Source: Squalus acanthias (taxonomy: Eukaryota). Taken from it: a stretch of DNA of 64,000 nt. The notes below the pieces were generated by a model. The model had not been told where the DNA came from. It saw only the letters and a program-made list of their open reading frames with translations, and searched no databases. The position numbers were made by a program, and so were the translations under genes. Below, one piece after another: positions 52,601 through 64,000 of this stretch. The stretch covers positions 28,768,001-28,832,000 of the forward strand of contig CM059438.1 of assembly GCA_030390025.1 (NCBI GenBank). Direction: 5' to 3'. Every line of letters begins with the position of its first letter. Positions within the stretch are counted from its first letter, which is position 1.

Positions 52601-53125
52601 AGAGCTCCTCCCAGAGTCGCAATGCGGATTCCGCCCACTAAGGGGCACAATGGACATGATCTTCACCGCGCGCCAATTACAAGAGAAATGCAGGGAACAG
52701 CGCCAACCGCTGTACATGGCCTTCTTTGACCTCACAAAGGCTTTTGACACTGTCAACCGTGAGGGATTATGGAGTGTCCTCCTCAAATTCGGCTGCCCTC
52801 CAAAGATTGTCACCATCCTCCGCCTGCTACCCTAACAAGCTCTGTAAGAATTTTACATGTTTCAATGAGATTACCTCTCATTCTTCTAAACTCTTGAGAA
52901 TATAGGCCTAGGGTACTCAATCTCTCCTCACAGGACAATCCCCCCATCCCAGAAATCAGTCTGGTAAACTTTTGTTGCACTCCCTCTATGACAAGTATAT
53001 CCTTCCTTAGGTAAGGAGACCAAAACTGTACACAATACTCCAGGTGTGGTCACACCAGGGCCCTATATAATTGCAGTAAGACATCTTTACTATTATACTC
53101 AAATCCTCTTGTAATAAAGGCCAAA
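49664..53125 (-). mobile_element. CR1 3' fragment split by an RTE insertion (pieces 49664-50012 and 52829-53125)
   Basis: Both pieces are colinear with 18490-19125 and rejoin at gcatct|accct. Confidence 0.9.
50013..52828. mobile_element. RTE-clade LINE with 5' inversion (3' part on minus 50013-51207; inverted 5' part on plus 51208-52828)
   Basis: Plus strand: ISAYAPT, LGDFNARVG, TDH, NYRGVSLL, FDLTKAFDTV. Minus strand: GVKQGCV, QYADD, FPYLGS, C2H2 CPTC..HLRTH and a (GAA)n tail. Confidence 0.92.
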
Positions 53126-54263
53126 AGTTAATTTTTTAAAAAGTACTTACCTGAATGTGCTCCTTCCAACGCCACTTTAAAACCGCGAGCCACTGCCAGC
53201 CACCGCTCTCTCCTCTCCCAATCGCTGCCTCCACCCACCCTCCCGATCAGTGTCTTGAACCCGTTAACATGTCCGGGTGTCCCCCACACCCCCCATACAA
53301 TCACAGCCCCTTCCCCTTTAATGACCAACCTGAGAGCTTATGCTGACGATGAAGCGGCCCGAAATTCAAAGACTCTTCGCTGGCGAGCTGCCTATGCACG
53401 CCGGACTCGTTTAAATGAGGCGCAATATTGGATGCACCTCGTGTCTACTTGTCTGGGATTGATTCTCGCCAGCGCAAACAAATTTCTAGATGAATGTCTT
53501 CACAGCTAATGGTAACTGTATTTTCATATGATCTTGCTGTGTTGGACATGAATGTATAAATATGCTGTATCGTGAGTAAGGAAATCATGTGCTTGGATGG
53601 AGCCTTTGTCTGCATTTCAAAATTAGTTACTTTTTAATTGTTTTAACAGTTGTAACTGGAAAGTTAATTGTGCTCGAAGGTAGGAAGGAACAAATAATTT
53701 TCTGAATCTGCATTGATTTATTTTTAAAAAATCCAAATTGCAGTACCATGTTACAGCTCATGTATAGTGCAACAGTGTGTTCAGAGCGTGTGATTGCACA
53801 TTTTGTTTTGATTCTTCCATTGTAAAAACTAGTAGGTGGGAAAACATTAATGCAGAACTGAGAATTGTCCCTGTGTGCATGCTTCCTATTCTTAAGATAC
53901 TGCGGCTCATTTATTAACATGAGGCATTGAGCTGCTATGTAGAAACATTGCTATATCACAGAAAACAAATACAGTTCAATAGGCCTCTTATGCTTACTTG
54001 TGCATAGTATAACAGTGTGCTTCCGAGCGATCATAATGGTGATATAAGTTTTGTGATGCTCTTGTCAAAGATTAACTGTCACAGGAAGACGAAGGGCTCT
54101 CTCTATGGCTCAGCGATTTTAACCAGTAAGTAGTTCTGCCATACAAAATCAAATGTGCCTGCCTATTCCAGGTAGCAATAGGGCACTACTGTTTGCATCA
54201 GTGACCCTGGGATTGGGAGAAGTAAGATGTTATGATCGGCTAAATATACTGTGGAAAGTCCAT

Positions 54264-54446
54264 GGGGTTGAAATTAGTCTTGAGCGGTGGAGCAAAATGG
54301 ACAATAGCCAATCGGCAGCTTGTTTTACACTCTGCGCGATTTTCTATTCATGGAGTCAATGGAAAAGAAAATTGGGCTGAGTATAAAATGGGCTGCCGAT
54401 TCACTAACGCTCTATTTGCGCTGCCGCCCAATACAAATTTTACCCC
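54264..54446. mobile_element. Short Harbinger-type MITE
   Basis: ggggttgaaatt / aattttacccc termini. Confidence 0.55.
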
Positions 54447-55311
54447 AACGTGTGCTTAGACATCAGGTGAGGATGGAATGGGCTTTCCTGTGATGGCTCA
54501 TATGGTCAAGTAGTTTGGCAGTATTCACTGGGTGGAATTTGAACCTAGATCTTAGAGTTGAATGACAAGTGTCTAATCCAGCATGCCATCCAGTCCCCTA
54601 AGATTGTGAATGTTAGGAGAGATCTGTGAGCTCTCACATAACATTAACATATAACTGGCTGGTAATCTTTGACTCTGGACAGCAGAGATCCTTTGACCCT
54701 AGGCATAATGCAGTGCGCAGCCAACACTAAAACTCCCGCCTTCCGCGTGGATCTCATAATTTGTACTGGACTGAGACCAGTACTTGTAATAGAGAGATGC
54801 CCTTACAGTCAGATCCTTTTGAGCATTACCTCAATACTGGCTTAGCCTCATTGATAGCAATTTTATATTGGTCTCAGTAATCAGCCCCTGTTTTAGGTTT
54901 CCTTTTTGCAAACAACATTACCTTTATGTGTATATGCATATTTAAATAACATCTGTTGCTGCTCTTGCTTAATTGGACCTGACCCCTTTGAAACAAAAGA
55001 CTTAGATTAGAATATGTTACTCTTTATTGAATACTGTGGCATCTACCAGTGTAACGATTAAAATTTTAGTCAATCAAAATTGGAATTAGTTTTACAATTC
55101 CCTCTGTTGATATTTCACACGAGTGAAAATAAACTAGCCATTATTACCACAGGCAGTGACACCATTTATAACATCAAAGAAGCAATTCTGCAGAAATCAG
55201 ATTATCGCAATACAAGAGTCTCACTAACGCAGGGCTTCTTTTACAAACAATATCTATCAAATGTTGACATTTAAAAATATAAGTTATGTTACTTTTTAGT
55301 TAAGACATTCT

Positions 55312-57140
55312 GGGCTAGAAATTCATCTGTTGAGCACTACTCTGTAGCGCCATGAAATGGCGATAAAACGACGGCCGCCACTTTTTCGCCAGCTGGTGGC
55401 GGTTCCTGCGGCGGCCGCCATATTGCTCTCCCCCTTTGCGCTGCCGGTAACTGGCAACACCCTGGAAAATAAAGGCGGCGTGATGATGTCAATCGGCATG
55501 TAACGCCGACTGAACGTTATCAACGCGAACTTTGACCATGGCGCTGAATTCAATGCTGGGTCCTAAACACACCAGGTTAACCTGGTGTGCAAGCAGGCTG
55601 ACAGTGGCGATGTCTGCAGCTCTTAAAGGGACACACACATCATTCAGGTAAGTTTGAATTTAAGGGATTGGACTGTTTCTGTTTTGATTGTATTGAAGTG
55701 GTGGCTTGCTGCAATAGATGTGAAAAGTTTTTTAAGTGTGCAGGGAGTGCTGCTGGACTCTTGCAAGGGCTCGGATGGTAAATGAAGGCTTTTGAGAAGA
55801 CAGAACATGCTGCAAATACTCAGCAGGTCACGCAACATCCGTGAAGAGAAAAACAGAGTTCGCATCTCAGGTCGAGCTGCTGCCTTACCAACTGAATATT
55901 TCCAGCATTTTATGCTGTCATTTCACATTTACAGCATCCGCTTGCAGAGGGAAGAGGAAGACACGGAAGAGGAGGAAGCCGAAGAGGAGGAATCAGACAG
56001 AAGCCAGACAGCCCCTTTGTGGCCGGGATATCCGGGATGGATCCATCTGCCTGCGGTCCCACTGGCTGGGCAGGCTGCGTCTTCCTGTTGACCCACTGGC
56101 TGGGCAGGCTACATTTCTTGGGTGTGTGAAATGAGGAAGGCACAAGGGTGGAGTTGTGCTGATGGGAAAGCAAGAGGTGCATGCCAGAAGGAGGATAATG
56201 TATGAGGATACCCGCATTTTGTATCTTTTCAGCCCTGCCGCTGGCCAAGGACTCAACCATGCCCCTGCCATCAATGGCCTGCACCGTCTCCTCCAAGGGG
56301 GTGAGGTGAGGCTAGGAATGGGAGATGTGCCTCGTGATTGGTACAGATTGTTGATAGGTGAGTGATTGGGGGTTGTGCATTGGGCAGTGTGTGAGGCTAG
56401 TGGTGCAGCTGGTAGGAGACGGCTTTTGAAGATGCATTCCCTGACCTTGACCAGTGGTCTGAGGTCATGAAGCTTCTTTGGGCACTGGAGCCAGGTGGTG
56501 AGGGCGACACTGCTGACAGTGACGGCCTTAGTGATGTACTCCTGCATTGTTCTTTCTGGAGGACCTCCTAGCCCCTGTGGGTAGAGGGCCAGTCTTGCAG
56601 TGTTGACCCCCTGCACAAAGCTGGAGTGTTGTGTGTGAGACCCTCGGTGCCCCTTCCCTGGCTTGCTGAGCCGTTTGTGTTAGTGCTGAGACAGTTTTCC
56701 CATTTGTTGAGGTTAGGAAGGTAATTCAGCTTTAACAGCTGAATATTCACATTTGGAACTTCTTTTAAATATTAAATATTTCTTAAAAGACAGAAAGGGC
56801 TGAAAAATGTATTGATTCACTGCATTTTATTTTCTATTGCTTCAGTGTGCATGGCCCCTTTAATTCTTAGACCTCTTCATTGCCCACAATTCCTTGCGAG
56901 CTCCACAGCTTCGCTTGCAGAGGCTGTGGGAAGCTGCAACGCCGGCCCTGGACAGAAACTTTGTCCCAGATCCCTCCAGCCACACCACCAGAATGGCATT
57001 GCACAGAATGGTGAGCGCTGCGCCACCTATCTCCGTGCCCCCCAGACCAATTTCACTTGGTTAGCGTTGCGGCCATTTCCAGCGGCCATTAACTGCCATT
57101 GTTACCGGCAACTTTGCTGGCGAACACGAATTTTTCCCCC
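55312..57140. mobile_element. Internally deleted Harbinger element with Myb remnant (minus) and acidic transposase tail (plus)
   Basis: gggctagaaattc / gaatttttccccc termini, TCT TSD, TWLQCPKKLHDL and EEEDTEEEEAEEEE. Confidence 0.75.
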
Positions 57141-59136
57141 TCTGTTAAATAAAAAGGTATTAAACTGGTATTACTGCATTACATGGTGTCTTTTGTTCTG
57201 AAAATTACCTTTTATCATAGGAATTAGTAATGTACTACTAGTATAAAATCCTCTGTGTATATACATGTTCTTAATGTGTCATTAAATGAAGTTTTTTTCT
57301 GGCATTGTTCAGAAATGCATTTGTCCTTAATTTTTTTTTATTAAAATTTTTCACATCAAGGGTTGTGGAATTATATAAATTCAGACGAAAAAGTTTTACA
57401 ACATTGTTAGTAAATATTTTTAATAAATGACTGATGCCTGATGCTAGAAGTTTGTTGTCGAGTACATATGCTTTGGGTTCAAACTTTGCTGTATAGCATC
57501 TACCTGTCTTGTGCCCAGCACCACAAGTAGAATTAACAAGTATAGTAGAGGAGCCAAATACAGTGTCTGCAAAGGAGAAAAATGACAGGTGGGAAGGGCT
57601 TGGGTGTGAATGATTGCAGGCGACTCAGGTTGTTTCACAAATAATTCAGGCTCGCTAAGCTGAGAGGGACTCCAGGTGGGTCAGGTCAGTGGAGGAAGCA
57701 TGGGTTGTGCATCAAGTCTTGACAGTGAAGGCACCGCAGGGAATAGGTTGATGAAACTTCAGCAGAGGCAGTTGAGACAGGGGGCTTGTTTTAATTGACA
57801 TGGACAGGTAGCTAATCTGGAGAAATCAAGACATCAACAGAAAAGAACAAAAGCAACCTCTTCACTCCACTGTCTCGACTGAAGTTCTAAACACCCCTAT
57901 CCTGCAGTTCCTTATGCTCTCTTCACTGATCCAACCTGCCTGAATTCCTTACCAGCCCATCAAACTGATTCCCAGGCTCATGCCATAGGAGTAGGCCTCT
58001 ACAAAATATATTTCCAACACTATACATACATCTCTCTGAGTACGAATAAGCACTTTATTCTAAATTGTTAGTGAAAAATCAAGATGGTATATCGAACTAT
58101 GTTCACAAATTTATTTGAGAAATTTGATGGGTTAATTTCTGCCGCTAGTCAGTTTGGGATCAGTAGTTTTGAATAAAGAGTTGAACTTATTGATTTCTCT
58201 GAAACAAAACAAAATTACTGTACATGATGGAAATCTAAAATAAAAATAGAAAATGCTGGAAACACTCAGCAGATCAGGCAGCATCTGGTGAGAGAGAAAC
58301 ATTAGCGGCAAAGCGGCGGCGCTCGCCGCTGACCTCGAAGAAAGCTGCCCACAAAAATCAAGCGATCTCTGGCGTCAATTTCAGGTCTCCCGACCTTAGT
58401 TTGAATCTGGCGCCAAATCAAGTAAATCACCAGCATCCAGCAACAGTGATGTCATCAAGCAGGCTTAGCAGCCAATCACATTGAAGAATTCTCACAGACA
58501 GCAAACCAGGAAGTAAAATGCACAGATTATAAATTACTTTTAATAAATTTGACAGAGAGAGAAATAAAGATTGGGACTTACACATAGGATTAAGGCAGAA
58601 AATATCATAAACAAACTTTAAAAAAAACATATTAAAAACTTGTAATTCTTAATCATATTAATGGAAAAATTTGACATTTCACTAATATAAAATTAGCTTT
58701 TCAGGGCCAGAACGGTTGTTCAGCAGTCAGTACGCCATTAAAAACACAGTCACACCTCTTTCAACCAGGCTTAACGTTTTAGGTTTTTTTTTAACAGCGA
58801 TATTCCATCTTAAAAGGGGAAATTTTGATCAGTTCAAGTAATGTGAATTGATTGCCGGCTCTGGGGAGTTCCACAGCGCAACCTGTGGTGGAGCAGGGAA
58901 CGACTGACTGCAGCTTCAAGATTTCCGCGTTTATCTGCACGTGTGCTAAACTTGAAGTTGCTGTCAGTTTCAGAGGGGTAATGATGGCGAACGCTGACAG
59001 TTTTGTCATCATTACCATCTCAAAATCTGGGCCATTAATTTCTCTGCTGCTGTTTGCTCATTCCTCATTAGTATGTAGCAAGAAAACCAACCTGTTTTTG
59101 ATTTGTTCACATTAAGTCAATCAGATATTTGATTAG

Positions 59137-60892
59137 TAGGGTTACCAACCCTCCTGGGTTGGGGAATGGATCACCTGGTGCACTGCTGCTAGCAGGCCTG
59201 GAGAACTTTTCTCTTTAAATTTCCTGCTGCTGCAACAACCCCTCCCTCTGGGACAACCACGCCTGCCGCCGCAGAGAAGGCTTGATGATGCCACCACCCC
59301 CCCCCCCCCACCCCTCCTGCAGAACGCCAGCACCCGCTTTGGGGTGGCCGGAAAAATGCCCAGCTTCTCGCCCGGATTCTCAAGGGGGGCGGGGTGGTAG
59401 AGAGGGGAGCGGGAGGTGAGAGAGATGTGAAGCTGGGATGAACAGGGACTAGGGGTAGAGGACTGGGGCTCTGGAAAATAGTGGGTGACCAGGAACAGTT
59501 GGGGTGGGGGGCTTGGGGGAGAGGGAGACAGGGGTTGGAAGGTGGAGTTTGGGGAAGGGAGGGAGACTGGCAAATGAGGCTTCGGGGAAGAGAGGGAGAC
59601 GGCGGAATGGGGGTCAGGGTTGGTCACAGGCAGGTAGGAAAGTGGGCACTAGGGAATGGGGGCTTGGGTGGGATGAGAAAGCGAGACCGGGGAATGAGGT
59701 GGTCGTAAAGGCCCAGCAGTTCCTGCAGAGCTGGGAGCGGCAGCAGCAACATGGTGAGTGGGAGGGGCACCGAGAGAGGTGCAGCCAGTAAAGGGGTGAG
59801 TGAAACCTGGGGGCTTTACTGTGGGTAAATAGTAAAAGATCGTTTCCATTGGTGGGTGAATGGGAACAAGAGGACAGAGACCGAGGATTCTCACTGGAAG
59901 TACCAAGGGGAAAGGGAGAAGAAAAGGTTTTGAACTGAGGGCTATTAGACTGTGGGATGCTTCACTATAACTGGCTATTAAGGCAGAGACTAGAACATAA
60001 TTTCAAAGGGAATAGGATAAGTATTTGAAAGGAGGAATATAAAAGAATCTGGGGGAATGGGGTTACAGGACCGGCACAGGCACCGGGGGCCAAATGGCCT
60101 CCTCCTGTGCTGTAATTTCTATAATACTATGAAAAATCTCTTTTATTGAGTCCAAGTCCAGGGAGTGGTTTAAAAATGTTGATGCTGAGCTGAGTTTAGG
60201 GCCTGTGAGAAGTGCCCCAAACACACTGCCCTTTGTGAGATCTCTTGGTTTAGTTCAGGTCGCTCTGTCCTGGCCAGTTTTGACGTGTGAAGTCAAAATG
60301 CAGAACGGCTCTGACTGAGGCACTCAGTTCAAAGTTGTCACCTTCACACAGAACCACAGAGTCCAAGGAGATAGGAATAGAAATGGGGTCTGTTAAAAAT
60401 GGCATTGACTGGAGAGCCTAACCGCACTTTGCACAGTGCAGGGGGATTCTGGCAGTAGTTACAGGGTGAATATCGGTGGGTCATAGGATTACTACTTGTT
60501 ACAAGTAGGGTATCGGGGTGGTGCAGATAAGCTATCAGTGAGTTATTCTATTACTGTTGGTTATAAGGCGAACCTGAGTGTTACCAGTATTACTATTAGT
60601 TATCGATGCAATTTCAGTGAGTTAGTATTAGTTACTAGTGGAATCAAAGTTCCTCCCACCTCTAGTTACCCCCTGCATATCACTTTCCCACCTTCGATTT
60701 CCCCCTCTTCCCCAGCCTCAGTTTCCCTTCTTTGCCTGCTTGGCTCTCTGAACTTCTCACATAACAGCTTTTGGCGTGAAACTGCAAGCAAACTACAGGG
60801 GACCCAGCCTTTATAAGGTAAATGCAATAACATTTGCAGCTATCACGTGATCAGACCTCCAGGAATACCTCCAACCAGAGTTGGCAACCCTA
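59137..60892. mobile_element. Non-autonomous hAT element (contains an old CR1 tail ~59930-60125)
   Basis: TIR TAGGGTT(A/G)CCAAC with a perfect 8-bp TSD TTGATTAG (59129-59136 and 60893-60900). Confidence 0.9.
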
Positions 60893-62854
60893 TTGATTAG
60901 TAAATTAACAGTTAAGTGCTTGTTTCAGGCATTCACTAATTTTTGCCCTGTGATTTTTCAGATGTTTGGCCTCTGAGGCCACATTCAGGTGTAATGCCTT
61001 TCAAAGGCATGATGGGATAGCCGTGTGCTCGATGCAAGACTTAATGATGCAGATAGATTCAACCAGCTGGGTACTATGATTATTTGTAAAACCTGACTCA
61101 GTACAAAAACTTCACAGTGCCAAAATATTCTGTGAAAAAAAACAGCTTATTAAGCTGTATTTCTGCTGGCACATAAAAAGTATATTACTTGTGTGGTGTC
61201 GAACAATAGTCCATGTCAGCTGTAAATCTAGTCATAATGCCCCTTGATGAAATGAGCATTAACAGTTCTATATGTTGTGAAATGTACCAAGGACTATGAA
61301 TATTTTTCAGCAATGTAAAGTAAAATAATTTTACACTTGATTTAAATTCCTGATAAACGGCATAGAAAATAGTAGCAATTTAAGCTATATTTTGTAAGTA
61401 ATATCATGTATCAGTAATTTGAGCACACAGACTGATTGACTTCTATAAAAGCTCAGTGTTTCCATTGGCAAAAAACTATTGTTAGACTCTAACTAGGGGC
61501 ACATATATCGCAAGCAGATAGATGTCATTTTACATGGTGGTCATTAGAAATGATCTAAATGTTTTCAAATAAAATATTTCAAGCATTACTTGGAAAGTAA
61601 AAACAAACAGAAAATGTGAAATTAAAAAATGAATCCTGCAAGTTGGAAATCTTTAGAATATTTTCTGAGTAGCCTGGGGGATGCCTATTAAATCCTTATA
61701 TCAAAACTGTTATTGTCTCTGTTTGGTTTATTTCTTTTACCTATTGTGTAAAAAATATTTTCAATTATGTTTGTTGTAATTCTTGCATACCAATCTTTTA
61801 ACATCTGGTGATTTGTGGTGAGGCAACATTCAGTAAAATCTAAAATAACAACAGAAAACGCTGGAAAAACTCAGCAGGCCAGGCAGCATCCGTGGAGAGA
61901 GAAAGAGAGTTAACGTTTCAGGTCGATGACCTTTCATCAGAACTGGGAAGAGCCGGAAATCAAATAGATTTAAGGCCAGGGTAAAGCTGGGAAAAGGGGG
62001 AGGGGATAAAGGAACAAAGGGGGAGATGAAGAGACATTAAGAGACATTAAGAGATATGCAAGGCTAGAGGTGGTGTTAATGTGACAGATTAAGGCTGAAT
62101 GAAGTGTGAAATCCACTGGCAGAATGAAGGACAGCTGCCAGCTTCTAGGAGGATTTCGGATTTCCAGCATCCGCAGTATTTTGCTATCATTCAGTAAAAT
62201 CTATCTAATTTGCCTTCACCAAGTTACAAATGAAAATAAGTTTTGAGGACTTGCAGAATTAAGAGTCAACAGATCTTTTCAATTTTGATTTTTGCTATGT
62301 TATCAGGCAGAAGACTTTTGATCCATTCTACCTTTCACGTTAGGTGAATGCTATATCATGCATTTAATACAGTTTGTAGCTTTAATATTTGATAATATTG
62401 ACAGCATAAAGTACATTTTTTTTCAAATGGGCACTCTAATATCACTCACCACAGATTTGATTCTGAGGCAAAGTGAAGGCACACACGCAACTGCTGTAAC
62501 ACGTTTCTGTATTCAATATTGCATCATTTACACTATAGGATATATGATGGCTAGTTGTAAAATACATCCCAAAATTACAATTAAAAAGTATGATTCCTCA
62601 AGAACATATTGAATTTGCTTAGAAATTTAAATTACTTTGCACAGAAGATTGTTATTCATTATTTTCCATGTTCATTATTAGATTTCCAGGATATAAAGGA
62701 AATAATTATTGATCCTTTATTGTCCACAGAAAATGTACATCTTTCAGAAAGAAGAAGCCTATATCTGCATACTGTGCAGAAGGCTTTCTAAAATACTAGA
62801 ATGAGAAAATAATTGATAAAACTGCTATGAAAATATCTATGCTGAGGGTTTGGA

Positions 62855-63048
62855 ATAGTAATCCAGAGGCCTGAAGTAATAATCTGGAGCCGTGAGTTCA
62901 AATCCCACCATGGCAGTTGTAATTCTGAATTCAGTCAATGAAATAAATCTGGAATAAAAAATTGGTTTCAGTAATGGTGACCATGAAAGCTATCGTATTG
63001 TCATAAAAACCCAACTACTTCACTAATGTACTTTACCCGTCTGGTCTG
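62855..63048 (+). mobile_element. Isolated tRNA/SINE head fragment homologous to 24915-25130
   Basis: agtaatccagaggcctg...gagttcaaatcccac...aaataaatctggaataaaaa...cactaatgt. Confidence 0.8.
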
Positions 63049-63210
63049 TATAGAGGAACTATGACATTAAATTATCAAGGAACATAAAACAAAAGAGTTA
63101 ATTATTTTACAGGCACATAAATAAAAAAGGAAGGTCAGGATGGGAATAGGACTACAAATGGCTGGACAGGATGATACCACAGGCAGCGATAGAGAGATGG
63201 CAGAAATATT

Positions 63211-63959
63211 GGGCCGTATTTTCCAATCGGAGGCTTCCCGCGTGTGGAAGCCTCCGATCTGGAAAAAAATCTATGCACTTACCTGAGGGTTCCCGAGGTG
63301 CATATAGTTCCGATGCTTGGCCTCTCAAACTCCAAGTGTGCAGGGCCTACGTATCCCAGAGGCGCAAGTGGTTCGCAAGCGTCCCTGGGATCACGTGGGC
63401 CACGGGGAGCCAATCAAAGAAGGGAATCTCCCTTCATACACTTGACCTGCCAAATATATGAATGGAGATCACCCCAAAAACATAGTAAAACATTAAATAA
63501 ATTTTAAAAAATGCATCACATTTTTAAAATGACTTGAAATTACAATAAATTAAATATTTTAAACAAAAATTTAATTTTTTTAAAAAATAATTAAAGTTTT
63601 TTACGGGGCTAAAAATAAACGTACCTTTGTTAAAGTATTTTTAAATGATAAATCAGTGAAATTTTTTTTTAAACTTTTTTCAACTCTTATCCTGGTAAAA
63701 GCAGGCCTTACGCCTGCTTTTACCAGGCGTAAGAATTGTAAGGGTTTTCTGCGGGTGGAGGGTCTCCAAAAAGTGGAACTATCCGCCCGCAGAGGCCCTT
63801 CGCCAGGGCAGCCGGAGGATCTGTCAAGAGCTTTCTTAACAGATCGGAAATGCCAGTTTTCAGCGCATGCGCTGTGCATGCCTGAAACCGGCATTTTCGA
63901 TGTCCCTACGGGTGGGTACACAGCGCGTACACACCTGTAGGGAACGGAATATCTGGGCC
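63211..63959. mobile_element. Harbinger-type MITE, inverted copy of 33646-34402
   Basis: ATT TSD and long reverse-complement homology. Confidence 0.88.
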
Positions 63960-64000
63960 ATTAAATAATTACTTTTTCTTCATTATTTACCAGGGTGACA

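Noticed and set aside
59270-59800. G-rich/Pro-rich ORFs and G-quadruplex-like tract
   Set aside because: Low-complexity interior of the hAT element, with no evidence of coding or of a separate function.

Overview
Repeat-rich vertebrate genomic DNA, most likely from a cartilaginous fish (shark-type V-SINEs, CR1/L2/RTE LINEs and many Harbinger MITEs). No host exon could be supported. The main feature is a defective minus-strand endogenous retrovirus (3153-16591). It has 424-bp LTRs, an ATACT TSD, a tRNA-Ser PBS, YVDD RT/RNase H/integrase, a deleted capsid, and an env laid out like a paramyxo/pneumovirus F protein (lokiretrovirus-like). Nested in it are an apparently intact autonomous Harbinger transposon (transposase plus a spliced Myb/SANT gene), a cognate MITE, a CR1 fragment, a SINE, and a polyA-tailed cassette encoding a second, diverged Gag N-terminal domain. 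Elsewhere there is a ~3.6-kb single-ORF LINE that starts with a tRNA-like SINE head and has no TTTT on its sense strand (candidate Pol III-transcribed LINE), an RTE LINE with twin-priming inversion geometry, a near full-length CR1, a hAT non-autonomous element and many MITEs. All calls were made by eye, without database searches.
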